The translations under genes and the position numbers were made by a program. The notes under the pieces were generated by a model. The model had not been told where the DNA came from and did not search any database. It saw nothing but the letters and a program-made list of their open reading frames with translations. DNA of 63,688 nucleotides, filler included, from Octopus bimaculoides (Eukaryota), in assembly GCF_001194135.2 (NCBI RefSeq). It is 10 parts of 10 records of this genome, joined end to end, with 100 filler letters (N's around TTAATTAATTAA, not from the genome) between each part and the next. Parts side by side here need not be neighbours in the genome. Positions count along the whole stretch, not along the records: positions 51,351 to 57,008 come from NW_026418822.1; positions 57,109 to 62,139 come from NC_068991.1; positions 62,240 to 63,688 come from NC_068986.1; 7 more parts are not named here. One strand, written 5' to 3'. Below are positions 52,009-63,688 of this stretch, one piece after another. Each line of letters opens with the position of its first letter. Within the stretch, counting starts at the first letter, position 1.

Positions 52009-53207
52009 CAAGGGTTGGGCAAAATAATGGAACCACCTAGCATCATAACATCATAATTTTGAAATATCTATAAAACTGTCAAAAGTTTGTTTATCTTTGT
52101 TTTTTTTATGTATTATTAGTGTTACTTAATGTTTTGCTAAAATTGCTGCTGCTTTTCAGATATCATCAGAAAAAGGTAATTAAAATTCATTAAAATCACA
52201 CATTTGTCAGACTTTCAAAGAAGTCAAATTGTTGGTGCTCGTATGGCAGGCGCTAGCGTAATGAAAACAGACGAAATGTTTGGTGTATCAAGAAGTACTG
52301 TCTCGAAAGTAATGACAGCCTTTCAGAAAAAGGGGGAAAACTCCGGAAGAAAACCAAAACTTTCAGATAAGGACCATTGGACTCTCACGTGAATTGTTAG
52401 AAAGAATCACAAAAGTACCGCTCCGAAAATTACTACAGAGCTTAATGACCACCTCGAAAACCCAGTTTCCACAAAAACTGTTCGCCTGGAGCTGCACAAA
52501 GCCAGATTTCACGGCAGGGCTGCAATCAGAAAACTACTACATTCAAAAACAAACGTTGCAAAGCATTTAGAGTGAAGTAAAAACTTACAGAATTGGTCCC
52601 TAGAGCAGTGGAAGAATGTTATTTTCTCGGACGTGTCATCCTTTGCCTTATTTTCGACTACTGGCTGAGTATACCTGTGGAGACAGCCAAAAGAAGCATT
52701 TGAGCCAGACTGCCTTCTTCCAACTGTTAAACATGGAGGAGGATCTGTGATGATCTGGTGGGTTATATCCTGGAAATCCACCGGCCCAATGGTTTCCCTT
52801 CATGGCGGAATTAATAGTCAAGACTATTTAAGCATTTTATCTGATGAAATTCATTCTATGGTTGCGGAATTGTTTCCAGAGGGAAACGCAATCTTTCAGG
52901 ATGATAATGCACCAATTCACACAGCTAAAGTTGTTACTGAATGGCAGAAGGAACATTCTAGTGAAGTTGAACATCTTATCTGGCCACCACAGTTCCCAGA
53001 TCTCAGTATTATCGAACATTTATGGTGCATTTTAGAAAAACAAGTAAGGAGTCGATATCTTCGACCATCATCACGACAAGAACAGGGACTGTTTTAGGTG
53101 AAGAATGGACAATAATTCCTTTGGAAACAATTCAAACTTTGTACGAGTCCATACCTTGGAGAATTCAAGCTGTAATTACTGCCAAAGGCGGTCTTACTCT
53201 ATATTTA
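52009..53207 (+). mobile_element. Tc1 (DD34E) element, pseudogenised, right TIR missing
   Basis: TA|caagggttgggcaaaataatggaaccacc. LSDFQRSQIVGARMAG, SGRKPKLS, VIFSDVS, FQDDNAPIH, WPPQFPDLSIIEHLW and AVITAKGG, with internal stops. Confidence 0.92.
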
Positions 53208-53699
53208 ACGTCCACCCGATGCTAGCATGCAAGGGGGACGTTAAATGATGACGCTCACGCACACACGCACGCACACGCGCACTAACACGCACGCGCACTA
53301 AATCGCACGCGCACTAACACGCACGCGCACTAAAACGCACGCGCACTAACACACACACACACGCACACACACACACACACGCACACACACGCACGCACGC
53401 ACACACACACACGCACGCAGGCAACCGCAGCTACTATTATACGTACATTAACCATATTTTATTATTTTGCTTCATTTTGTATTACGTTTTAATCCGACAC
53501 TAAAATAGGACTTAATCTCTATCAATTTCTTTACTTATCATATAACCCCAAATAAAATAAAAGAAATTAAACAAACAATCACACGGATATTAACATAAAT
53601 AATTAACATAAATAATTAACCAAACAAACAACGAAACAAATAAATAAACACCAATTAATTTTATAAACTACTTCAATAAATTGCAGCTGTTGATTATTC

Positions 53700-53764
53700 A
53701 GCGCGGAATTGTCAGACCGGAAGTCGTCTTCTCTCACTTGTAAACCAAACATTGATAAAACAAG
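53700..53764 (+). promoter_or_regulatory. Probable core promoter and non-coding exon 1 of the FG-repeat gene
   Basis: ETS-type motif CCGGAAGT at 53717-53724 in a short CpG-containing unique stretch, followed by a consensus donor AAG|gtaagg at 53764/53765 that can pair with the acceptor at 54960. Confidence 0.55.
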
Positions 53765-53920
53765 GTAAGGCATTTCTTCTTCTGGACCCTCAAAATCGGG
53801 AGATAAAGGGTGTTTCCTTGTTACAAAGCCATTTAATTGAGGGACTTTTTGGTGTTGTAAACTGTTTTAATCGGGGTTTATTTAATTCTGTGACTTAAAA
53901 GGGATATTCTCTGGATTAGT

Positions 53921-54305
53921 GGAGGCACAATGGCCCAGTGGTTAGGGCAGCGGACTCGCGATCATAGGATCGCGGTTTCGGTTCCCAGACCAGGCGTTGT
54001 GAGCGTCTATTGAGCGATAACACCTAAAGCCCCACGAGGCTCCGGCAGAGGATGGTGGCGATCCCTCTTCCACCACAACTTTCTCTCACTCTTTCTTCCT
54101 GTTTCTGTTGTGCCTGTAATTCAAAGGGTCAGCCTTGTCACACTCTGTGTCACGCTGAATCTCCCCTGAGAACTACGTTAAGGGTACACGTGTCTGTGGA
54201 GTGCTCAGCCACTTGCACGTTAATTTCACGAGCAGGCTGTTCCGTTGATCGGATCAACTGGAACCCTCGACGTCGTTAAGTGACGGAAGTGCCAACACAC
54301 AACAA
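53921..54305 (+). mobile_element. tRNA-derived SINE, family C (~385 bp), in intron 1 of the FG-repeat gene
   Basis: tRNA-like head ggaggcacaatggcccagtggttagggcagcggactcgcg...ggtttcggttccc and an (AAC)n-like tail. Confidence 0.8.
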
Positions 54306-54960
54306 CTTCTATGTATTCGTAATTAGCAAAGCAGCCGAACTGGCAGAATCGCTTCTATGCCGTACGAAATGCTTAGTTGCATTTCGTTCGTCTTTACGTT
54401 CTGAGTTCAAATTCTGCCGAGGTCGACTTTACCTTTTATCCCTCCGGGATCGATAAAATAAGCACCAGTCAAGCACTGGGTCGATGATATCGGTTAATCC
54501 TTCCTCTCCCCTCAAAAATTGCTGTCTTTGCCAAGGACACCTTGATTATATGAAGTTTACTTTGCTCACATTCCTTCGTACCTCCATCTATATACATGCG
54601 GAGACAACGTGTATGTCTGTGTACATCTGTATATTAAGATGAAACTGTGTGTGGCGATCTTTTGTGTTGATTACATTTTACGTCATTTCTAATCCACGTG
54701 CATTTGTTTATGCTTCTGAACAAGATCGTCGCTTTCCGTAAAAGGGTTTTAGGGTTAGGGAATTCCGTCCCTAACCCCAACCGTAACCCTAAAGAGATGG
54801 TTGATGTGAGTGGCAGTGTGAGATGTGAGTTGCTTAGGTAGGGTATGATAGGTGGGGAGAGGAGGTGATGGTAGTGTTTCACTTACATTAGATATAATTA
54901 CATAAGCTTCATTATTTCACTAATTACCTTAATAATTATATTTTTTGTTTCTTGATTCAG

Positions 54961-55112
54961 ATAATGCCATTATCAATGTTACAGCTTGTGAAATCTGAAT
55001 TCATTCTTTGTGGACATATTTAGAGAAAAGCAGTAGAAGAGAGATTGCCAGGCCTCGTCTGGCCTTTGTTAAAATCCTCAAATAACAAAGGAGTAAAGAA
55101 AACTTGATCAAA
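54961..55112 (+). other. 5'UTR part of exon 2 of the FG-repeat gene, containing a 19-codon uORF (54964-55023)
   Basis: Strong acceptor ttttttgtttcttgattcag ending at 54960. uORF MPLSMLQLVKSEFILCGHI* lies upstream of the main ATG. Confidence 0.6.
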
Positions 55113-57008
55113 ATGTTTCAGGCTCCAAATCCACGCCAATCTCCACAGTTGCCATCTTTTGGGCAGATTGTCAACACATCTCTGTCACCGCCATCGCAAC
55201 AGCGTCCGTTTGGCAGCGGTGGAATTGCAGCGGGGTTTGGAAGCCCCTCTGCATTTGGTAGCAGTGCTACTACTAATGTAGCAAGTTTTGGAAGCACCGC
55301 AGCATTTGGTAGTGGTAGCAGTACTAATGCAGCGGGCTTTGGGAGCAACACTGCATTTGGCAGCAACAGTACTAATGCAGCGGGCTTTGGGAGCACTGCT
55401 GCATTTGGCAGCAACAGTACTAATGCAGCGGGCTTTGGGAGCACTGCTGCATTTGGCAGTAGCAGTACTAATGCAGCGGGCTTTGGGAGCACTGCTGCAT
55501 TTNNNNNNNNNNNNNNNNNNNNNNNNNNNNNNNNNNNNNNNNNNNNNNNNNNNNNNNNNNNNNNNNNNNNNNNNNNNNNNNNNNNNNNNNNNNNNNNNNN
55601 NNNNNNNNNNNNNNNNNNNNNNNNNNGCATTTGGCAGTAGCAGTACTAATGCAGCAGGCTTTGGAAGCACCGCTGCATTTGGAGGTAGCAGTACTAATGC
55701 AGCAGGCTTTGGAAGCACCGCTGCATTTGGCGGTAGCAGTACTAATGCAGCAGGCTTTGGAAGCACCGCTGCATTTGGCGGTAGCAGTACTAATGCAGCA
55801 GGCTTTGGAAGCACCACTGCATTTGGCAGCAGTGGAAGTGGGAATCAGAAAACAGCATCTTTCTCAACCAACACCTTCCCATCGTCATCAACCTCCTCTT
55901 CGCCCGACCAGTTGCAGTCACGGCCATCCACGTTTACCCCACCTGCTTCTCTTCCAAAGCCGCCACCACCACAGTCAAATACCTCCTCCTTCACCACTTC
56001 CCCCAAATCCCAGAATGTGACAAGTGGTGGTGGTCATGGTGGAACAGATGCCATTTCTTTTGCAAGAGTGGCAGCTGACCATCCTCCCACAGGAATATTC
56101 AGCGTGAAACCTGAGAAAAATCCATTTGGTGGGGTTGGTGCTTTCAGTGGCAACGGCAACCACAACAATAGCAGTGCTACCAGCATTGCAGCCACTACAT
56201 CTTCATCTGTGTTTGGTGGAGGGCAAAATCCCTTTGGACGCAGTTCTTTCCCACCAGCGTTCTCTGCCAGCAAAGCTGAACCCCAGGTGCTGAAGGTGAA
56301 GAACTCGAATCCGTTCCTGAATGCGCCGACCGATAATGTCTTCTCTAGAAGTCAAACCAGCAGCGATGCAGGTGGCAACCCACCGACCGGAACTTTGCCC
56401 ACGACAGCATTTGGGGCCTTCGTTAGCAACAACAACAACTCTTCAACGACAGCTTTGCCTTCCACAGCGTTTGGGACAGGCAACAGCAAGACTGTTCTAT
56501 CAACAGCAAAAACAGCATCATCAACGTTCACCTCTCCTGCGACATTGTCAACATCTACGTTATTACCATCACCCTCGTCATTTTCTGGCCCTCTTACACA
56601 ACAGACCGGCCCTTCAGCTACATTTACTAAAAACGTATTTGGTGGTAGAGGGGACACGAGTGGCAGTTCAGGTCCTGTTTTGGCAAAATCCTCCACTGGA
56701 AACTTTTTACCTTTGAGTAAGAATAACAGTATTGGTGGTGGTAGTAGTAGTAGTAGTAGTTCTAGTATTCATAGCAGTGAGAGGAATGTGTTTAAAGGAG
56801 ACGCAAAACCTATGGAATCAGCATTTGCCAGGAAATCAATTGCGAAGGTCTTCGGTGGGGTGCCATTGTCAGAATCGAAAAGATCTTCCACCTCAGTGTC
56901 AACCAGCAGTGACCCCAACACTGGTAGTGTGGGGCTTTTTGGAAAATCCAGTGAAAGTCATTCAAGCTTCTCCAAGACCAAAACCAGCGGCAGCAGCAGC
57001 ACCATTAG
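55113..57008 (+). CDS. FG-repeat, Ser/Gly/Thr-rich nucleoporin-like N-terminal region (first coding exon; GANP/MCM3AP-like is the best guess). Interrupted by gap 55503-55626 and open-ended at gap 57009
   Basis: ATG in caaaATG context with in-frame TAA at 55083-55085. No stops across the sequenced parts. About 30 FG dipeptides, three NPF motifs and one GLFG. The frame offset between ORF-track entries 55104 and 55288 comes from the estimated gap length. Family assignment rests on composition and architecture only. Confidence 0.88.
55320..55830 (+). repeat. Coding tandem array, 48-nt unit (STNAAGFGSTAAFGSS/N), at least 8 units
   Basis: The gtactaatgc motif recurs at 55321, 55369, 55417 and 55465, then at 55643, 55691, 55739 and 55787. 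Confidence 0.95.
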
Positions 57009-57108
57009 NNNNNNNNNNNNNNNNNNNNNNNNNNNNNNNNNNNNNNNNNNNNTTAATTAATTAANNNNNNNNNNNNNNNNNNNNNNNNNNNNNNNNNNNN
57101 NNNNNNNN

Positions 57109-57147
<39 letters not shown>

Positions 57148-59134
57148 GGATAGATAGATAGATAGATAGATAGGAAAACTGACAGTCATTCAAATAAACC
57201 GACAACTAAATTTCCAAGCAACGAAAGTGAAAATATTTTTAAGTAATGAAAACAAAAATTTAAAATTAATCTCGTAATTACACACGCATACATATACATC
57301 GAAGGAAACATGCATTCGTGCATACATGCATACATACATACATGCATGCATACATACATACATACATGCATGCATGTATGCATACACACGTACGTACTCC
57401 CATAACTTTGGCCGATCCGCTGTTAACGTCGAAAGCAATTGATAAGAATACGTGAGTCGAAATTGGAAACACGTGGTTGTGGCGCGAACCATTTAACTTC
57501 AGAAGCATACCAGCGCTTACAGACACACGCATACACACACACACACACACAAACACCCTCACAGAAACACACACACATACATGCATGCACACACACATAA
57601 TATATATGCGTGTGCATGTATGTGTGTGTGTGTTCGTGCCGGTGATGGGTGTGTGTTTCGGGTTGCCTTGAAAGATTTAGTCGAACAAATAGACATATTT
57701 TAAAATTTGGCACTTATTCTATCAATAACTTTTGCCGAACCGCTAGTCTTCGGTGACCTAAGCAAACCAACACCGGTTATCAAGGTGTAGAGGACAAACA
57801 TAAAACATACACGTACATATATGTAAATATATAGAAAAAATTATAGAAAATTGATTGAGCATTCTGTATTTTAAAATCACTACAATTGTTTCGACACATT
57901 TCTACACCTTTAGTACATTGGTGATGTTGTGTAACCATTATCAAACATCCATGGTGTAAAATACACCTCCTCAGGTGATTGTTTAAATAAGCCCATTGAA
58001 TGCATACCCACTTTGGGCATGAATGTATGTGTGTGTGTATCTCTTCTTTTCTCTTTTACTTGTTTCAGTCCTTTGACTGCGACCTTGCTGGGGCACCACC
58101 TTGAAGGGTTTTAGTCGAACAATTCGACTCCAGGTCTTATACATATTTCTTTAAACCTCGTACTTATTCTATCAGTCTTTGTTTTCCAATCACTAGGTTA
58201 TGTGGACGTAAACACACCAAGACCGGTTGTGAAGCGGTGATGGACGACAAACACACACAAACGCACACACACATAAACTTGAAGGATGACTCAATGCGTT
58301 TTGTAGAGTACAACATTATTGTTCTTTAACAAGTATAGTAATGACAGTAACTTTGAAGTTTCGATGATGGCTTAGCTGGCCGTAACTTCGAAGTAATTAT
58401 CAATACATACTTATGCATGACTTTTGCATGTCGTAGGCCTGTCTGTGCCTGTGCATGCATATGCATGTGTTAAGAGTAGTTTTTTTGTGTGATGATTTGT
58501 TGTGTTGAGTGCATGAATGTATGTACGTGGTGGAGGAGATGCATTGCCACCATGCGCAACTTTGAGGTAACGTATTTAAGGTATGTGGGGGGCAACCATA
58601 TATGTATGTCTCCTCGCTCCACATCTCTTCTCTTAGTGCAGCTCAAACGGAAAGGGCTAGCGTTGCCGGCAGAACATAAAAATTCCCCGGTGCAAGGATA
58701 CGGTCAGGCCCAGCATGGCATCTTGTCCGATCTTCTGACACTTCCCTGCTTATGCAACACCCGAAATCGCAACACATCGAGCCACGAACCGAGAAAAAAA
58801 ATAAAGTTAGCATCGGCGGAATTCGAACTCAGAACTCAGAGGAGAGAACGGAACGACTACCACACGGCGTTTGTTCTGTCTCTTTGCTCTGTGAGTTACG
58901 TACAAACACGCGTGCATCTGCATACATATGCATTCATGTCTGCATCTGTGCAAGTATGTATACATGCATGTACGTATGTGTGCATGCATTCATATATGTA
59001 TGTCTATCTGCATATGTATATAGGTATGAATATATGTATGTGTACGTGGACTTATGTATGTATGTATGTATGTATGTATGTACGCATGTATGTTTTTCTA
59101 TATGTTGTATGTATGTACATATGCATCAGTGTTT

Positions 59135-59142
59135 GTGTGTGT

Positions 59143-59185
<43 letters not shown>

Positions 59186-59246
59186 TGTAGATGGATAGAT
59201 AGATAAATAGATAGATAAATAAATAGATAGATATGTAGATGGATAT

Positions 59247-59312
<66 letters not shown>
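59135..59312. repeat. (GATA)n/(GACA)n compound microsatellite (also 57109-57172 and 62299-62362)
   Basis: Seen directly. Confidence 0.95.
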
Positions 59313-59603
59313 GAGAGTAAGAAAATGTGCGAGTGTTGAAAAGTTTCAGCTGGTTTAAACGTGTGTATGTGTGTGTGTGTGTGCGTGTGTGNNNNNNNNN
59401 NNNNNNNNNNNNNNNNNNNNNNNNNNNNNNNNNNNNNNNNNNNNNNNNNNNNNNNNNNNNNNNNNNNNNNNNNNNNNNNNNNNNNNNNNNNNNNNNNNNN
59501 NNNNNNNNNNNNNNNNNNNNNNNNNNNNNNNNNNNNNNNNNNNNNNNNNNNNNNNNNNNNNNNNNNNNNNNNNNNNNNNNNNNNNNNNNNNNNNNNNNNN
59601 NNN

Positions 59604-59652
<49 letters not shown>

Positions 59653-62239
59653 AGTGTATGCCTATGTGTATGTCTGTATGTGTATTGAGATGGTGAGAGC
59701 AATATGTTTAGGTGTGTATATGTATGTTTGTGTGTGTCTCAGTGCGTATGCACGAGCGCATGCTCTAACACGCGTGCACACACACTCATATATACATACA
59801 CACACACATATATATATATATAAATATATATATATGCACATATGTAAGTATATACATGTGTGTGTGTGTGCATATGTTTGTGAGTGTGTGCATATATCTT
59901 TATGTGTGTGAGTGTGTATGTAAGTACAGGGATATACGTATACATGTGTGCGTTTAGGAATGATGAGGGTTGGTGTGACGTAGGTAAGCAAACAGATAGA
60001 TAGACAGATAGACTGATAGACAGACTTGGAGAAAGAGCAGGAGTTAACGGTCAACGGAGTGAGAGAGAGAGAGGGAGGGAGAGAGGGAGAGAGAGAGAGA
60101 GATAGAGAGAGGCAGACAGGTAATTAATGGAGAGAGTAAGAGGGGTAGTGTATGTAACGTGATATCAGTATGGAAGGAGACAGCCGGTATGTTAACTCTA
60201 CAAGGATGTCAGTGTGTGTAGCGCGTGTCTATATACATATGAGCGTGTGTGTGTGTGTGTGCGCAGATTGGAAGTCAGGTGAGTTGAGTGGGATAGTTGA
60301 GTGCTGGGTGAGGGATGGCGCTGGTGAGTGAGTTTGAGCTGGAGTTCGGCAGCGGTCATTGACTGCTTCCAANNNNNNNNNNNNNNNNNNNNNNNNNNNN
60401 NNNNNNNNNNNNNNNNNNNNNNNNNNNNNNNNNNNNNNNNNNNNNNNNNNNNNNNNNNNNNNNNNNNNNNNNNNNNNNNNNNNNNNNNNNNNNNNNNNNN
60501 NNNNNNNNNNNNNNNNNNNNNNNNNNNNNNNNNNNNNNNNNNNNNNNNNNNNNNNNNNNNNNNNNNNNNNNNNNNNNNNNNNNNNNNNNNNNNNNNNNNN
60601 NNNNNNNNNNNNNNNNNNNNNNNNNNNNNNNNNNNNNNNNNNNNNNNNNNNNNNNNNNNNNNNNNNNNNNNNNNNNNNNNNNNNNNNNNNNNNNNNNNNN
60701 NNNNNNNNNNNNNNNNNNNNNNNNNNNNNNNNNNNNNNNNNNNNNNNNNNNNNNNNNNNNNNNNNNNNNNNNNNNNNNNNNNNNNNNNNNNNNNNNNNNN
60801 NNNNNNNNNNNNNNNNNNNNNNNNNNNNNNNNNNNNNNNNNNNNNNNNNNNNNNNNNNNNNNNNNNNNNNNNNNNNNNNNNNNNNNNNNNNNNNNNNNNN
60901 NNNNNNNNNNNNNNNNNNNNNNNNNNNNNNNNNNNNNNNNNNNNNNNNNNNNNNNNNNNNNNNNNNNNNNNNNNNNNNNNNNNNNNNNNNNNNNNNNNNN
61001 NNNNNNNNNNNNNNNNNNNNNNNNNNNNNNNNNNNNNNNNNNNNNNNNNNNNNNNNNNNNNNNNNNNNNNNNNNNNNNNNNNNNNNNNNNNNNNNNNNNN
61101 NNNNNNNNNNNNNNNNNNNNNNNNNNNNNNNNNNNNNNNNNNNNNNNNNNNNNNNNNNNNNNNNNNNNNNNNNNNNNNNNNNNNNNNNNNNNNNNNNNNN
61201 NNNNNNNNNNNNNNNNNNNNNNNNNNNNNNNNNNNNNNNNNNNNNNNNNNNNNNNNNNNNNNNNNNNNNNNNNNNNNNNNNNNNNNNNNNNNNNNNNNNN
61301 NNNNNNNNNNCAGCAACAATCTCACCGTTAGCTTTACTGCCACCGCCACCATCATCATCATTAACACCACCACCACCACCATCGACACCACAGCCCCACC
61401 ACCATCGTCACCACAGCCCCACCACCATCGTCACCACAGCTGCCGCCGCCGCCGCCGCCGCCGCCACAGCCAGCAACAACAACAACATCACCGTTAACAC
61501 AAACCACACATGTACCACCTATGTTCGGGTAGTTAAGTGAACGGTTCGAGCGTGTTGTAGACAGGTGGAGACAGGTGGTGACGTCACCTAGCTGAGTGCT
61601 GGTGACGTTTGTGTTTTTGTGTTGCATGACGTAACATAGCGTGCAATGCAAAACGTACGATGACCCAGCAGACATTGAAGCAGTTTTGTACTTTTAACAT
61701 TATCAACAGACGCACTATTACCGCCACTGCTGCTATTACTGCAACTTCAATTGCATAATGCCTTCTCCTGCTATTGTGCAAAATCTGTTTTGGCTTTTCT
61801 GTTGCACTATGTAGAATCTGCGTATGCGAGCGTCAGAGAGTGTGTGCGTTTGAGTGTGCGTGCGCATATAAGTATATGCACACTTGCGTATATGCATCTG
61901 CATGCATGAATACATACGTACTGAAAGACATATATACATATACATACATACATACATATATATATATAAATATAAGTTTGTCTTCTGTGCTTTGTTAATG
62001 TTCTGTTTTTCATTTTGTCCACGTTTTTTTTGTGACGTCCTGTACCCAGATATGCATCAATATATACATGTAGATGTAGGTATGTGCATACATGTACGTA
62101 TATATGTATATACTCACATATTATTTGTATTATATATATNNNNNNNNNNNNNNNNNNNNNNNNNNNNNNNNNNNNNNNNNNNNTTAATTAATTAANNNNN
62201 NNNNNNNNNNNNNNNNNNNNNNNNNNNNNNNNNNNNNNN

Positions 62240-62278
<39 letters not shown>

Positions 62279-62298
62279 ATATATGTATATAGACAAAT

Positions 62299-62364
<66 letters not shown>

Positions 62365-62559
62365 TCTATGTCTTTGTGCAGCTCTGCATTTTAAATTGAT
62401 GTAATGATTACATTGTTCAATTAAATGTAGTAGCATGAAACGATCATACTGCATTACCTCTGGATATCCTTGTTACGTATTTTGATTTTAATCACCTTAT
62501 TTTGAAATTGTATGGATAATACCGTACTAAATTCTGGTGCCTCAAATTTTTACTGAACT

Positions 62560-62960
62560 TATATACATACAGAAATTGTCTAAGAGCTTTGACTGAGGGT
62601 TCCTGCTTGTGTGGCATGGTGCATAGTACTGTTACCAGACATAGGGTCTTCCAGCAGCCACCCTCTTGACTCAGGGCAACACTACCTCCTTCTGCCACTT
62701 GAAGTAAACCTCAGCGTTGAGTATGAGGCTGTGTTGAAAGTTGAATGGAGGCATAACGACTCTATCACGAGTGATCACTCCAAGCACCATGATGTTGACT
62801 GGTTGTTTCATTTTTATCACTCTCGGTACATGTTTTCAGATTGCACAGTCATCAGATTGTCACTCAAACACTGAAATGTTCGTATTGAAGCTTCCGTCGC
62901 GAATGACAAGCAGTACAGCATGTCGTTTCCAATATAGTGCTGTTTTTCTACTGCGTAGGC
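62560..62960 (-). mobile_element. maT/DD37D-type Tc1/mariner transposase remnant, internally deleted
   Basis: VPRVIKMKQPVNIMVLGVITRDRVVMPPFNF...VVLP*VKRVAAGRPYVW*QYYAPCHTSR. Confidence 0.72.
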
Positions 62961-63622
62961 GACGAAATCAAAAACGCGCATGTGCGAAGTTAAGAATATT
63001 ATATGGCAACATGCTGTATATGATGCGACTCTACTCTATTCTGTTATCTCCCCTATCCTCTCCAATTCTTCTCTTTCTAATTCCCTTTTACTCACTCTAA
63101 TTCCATTTTGTCCGTTTAACCGTTTTCTGTCTGTCTCTCTCTCTATCCCTCAATTTCTCTTTTTTCTCTCTTTCGTTGCTCACACGTGACTATAGTCCAT
63201 CTTTCTTTTCCTCGCGTGACCATCTTTCTTTCCTGCACGGATGGTCTAAGGTTTACAGTCTCCTATCTCTCTCTTCTATCTTTTCTCTTTTCAAAGAAAA
63301 TATTTCTTTCGGTGTTCAGGTTTTCGTTCGGTTTTCCTGTATGTCACCATTGTCCTGTTTATTTTTTTTTGTTTTTTTTCCTAAATTTGACCAGCCATAA
63401 ATCCAAAATTTTATTTTGGTATCTATGGGAGTAACTGTCTTCGAAGAATCTTATTATCGTTGATTCCTCGAAATGGGAAGTAGATAGACAGCCGACACCA
63501 GATGACGGATCATTCATTGTATTATTTGTCCTTTTTTTTTCTCGTTATTTGCGCATTTAACCCATTTGTTTTCGTATTTCATGTTGTTTCCTGTTGGTGA
63601 TGTCCTGTACACACATACACAT

Positions 63623-63688
<66 letters not shown>

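Noticed and set aside
53921-53995. tRNA gene
   Set aside because: tRNA-like head continues into a ~300-bp SINE body and tail, with no complete cloverleaf or terminator.
55118-56716. Antisense and alternative-frame ORFs overlapping the FG gene
   Set aside because: Shadow frames of the GC-balanced repetitive coding strand.

Overview
AT-rich, repeat-saturated animal genomic DNA. The SINE families, the microsatellite load and the TTAATTAATTAA pads inside N-gaps point to an octopus draft assembly (probably Octopus bimaculoides; inferred, not searched). Roughly 1-53 kb is decayed and often nested transposons: MULE/FLYWCH, hAT-Charlie, Merlin-like MITEs, Tc1, mariner, maT, Helitron, Penelope-like, R4/Dong-like and RTE LINEs, a probable DIRS remnant, and three tRNA-derived SINE families. 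Only one host coding region is well supported. It is a + strand gene with a probable ETS-motif promoter and non-coding exon 1 (~53.7 kb), and a large exon 2 (from 54961, ATG 55113). Exon 2 encodes a Ser/Gly/Thr-rich FG-repeat N-terminus that contains a young 48-nt/16-aa tandem FG array and runs into an assembly gap; GANP/MCM3AP-like is the best guess, unconfirmed. I found no clear novel multi-gene system. The most interesting items are the FG array, a foldback MITE family carrying inverted telomeric repeats, a LINE inserted in a (CATA)n microsatellite, several long hairpins, and a CpG-rich unique island at 49.4-49.8 kb that encodes a signal-peptide-like segment. Most ORF-track entries are microsatellite or gap artefacts.
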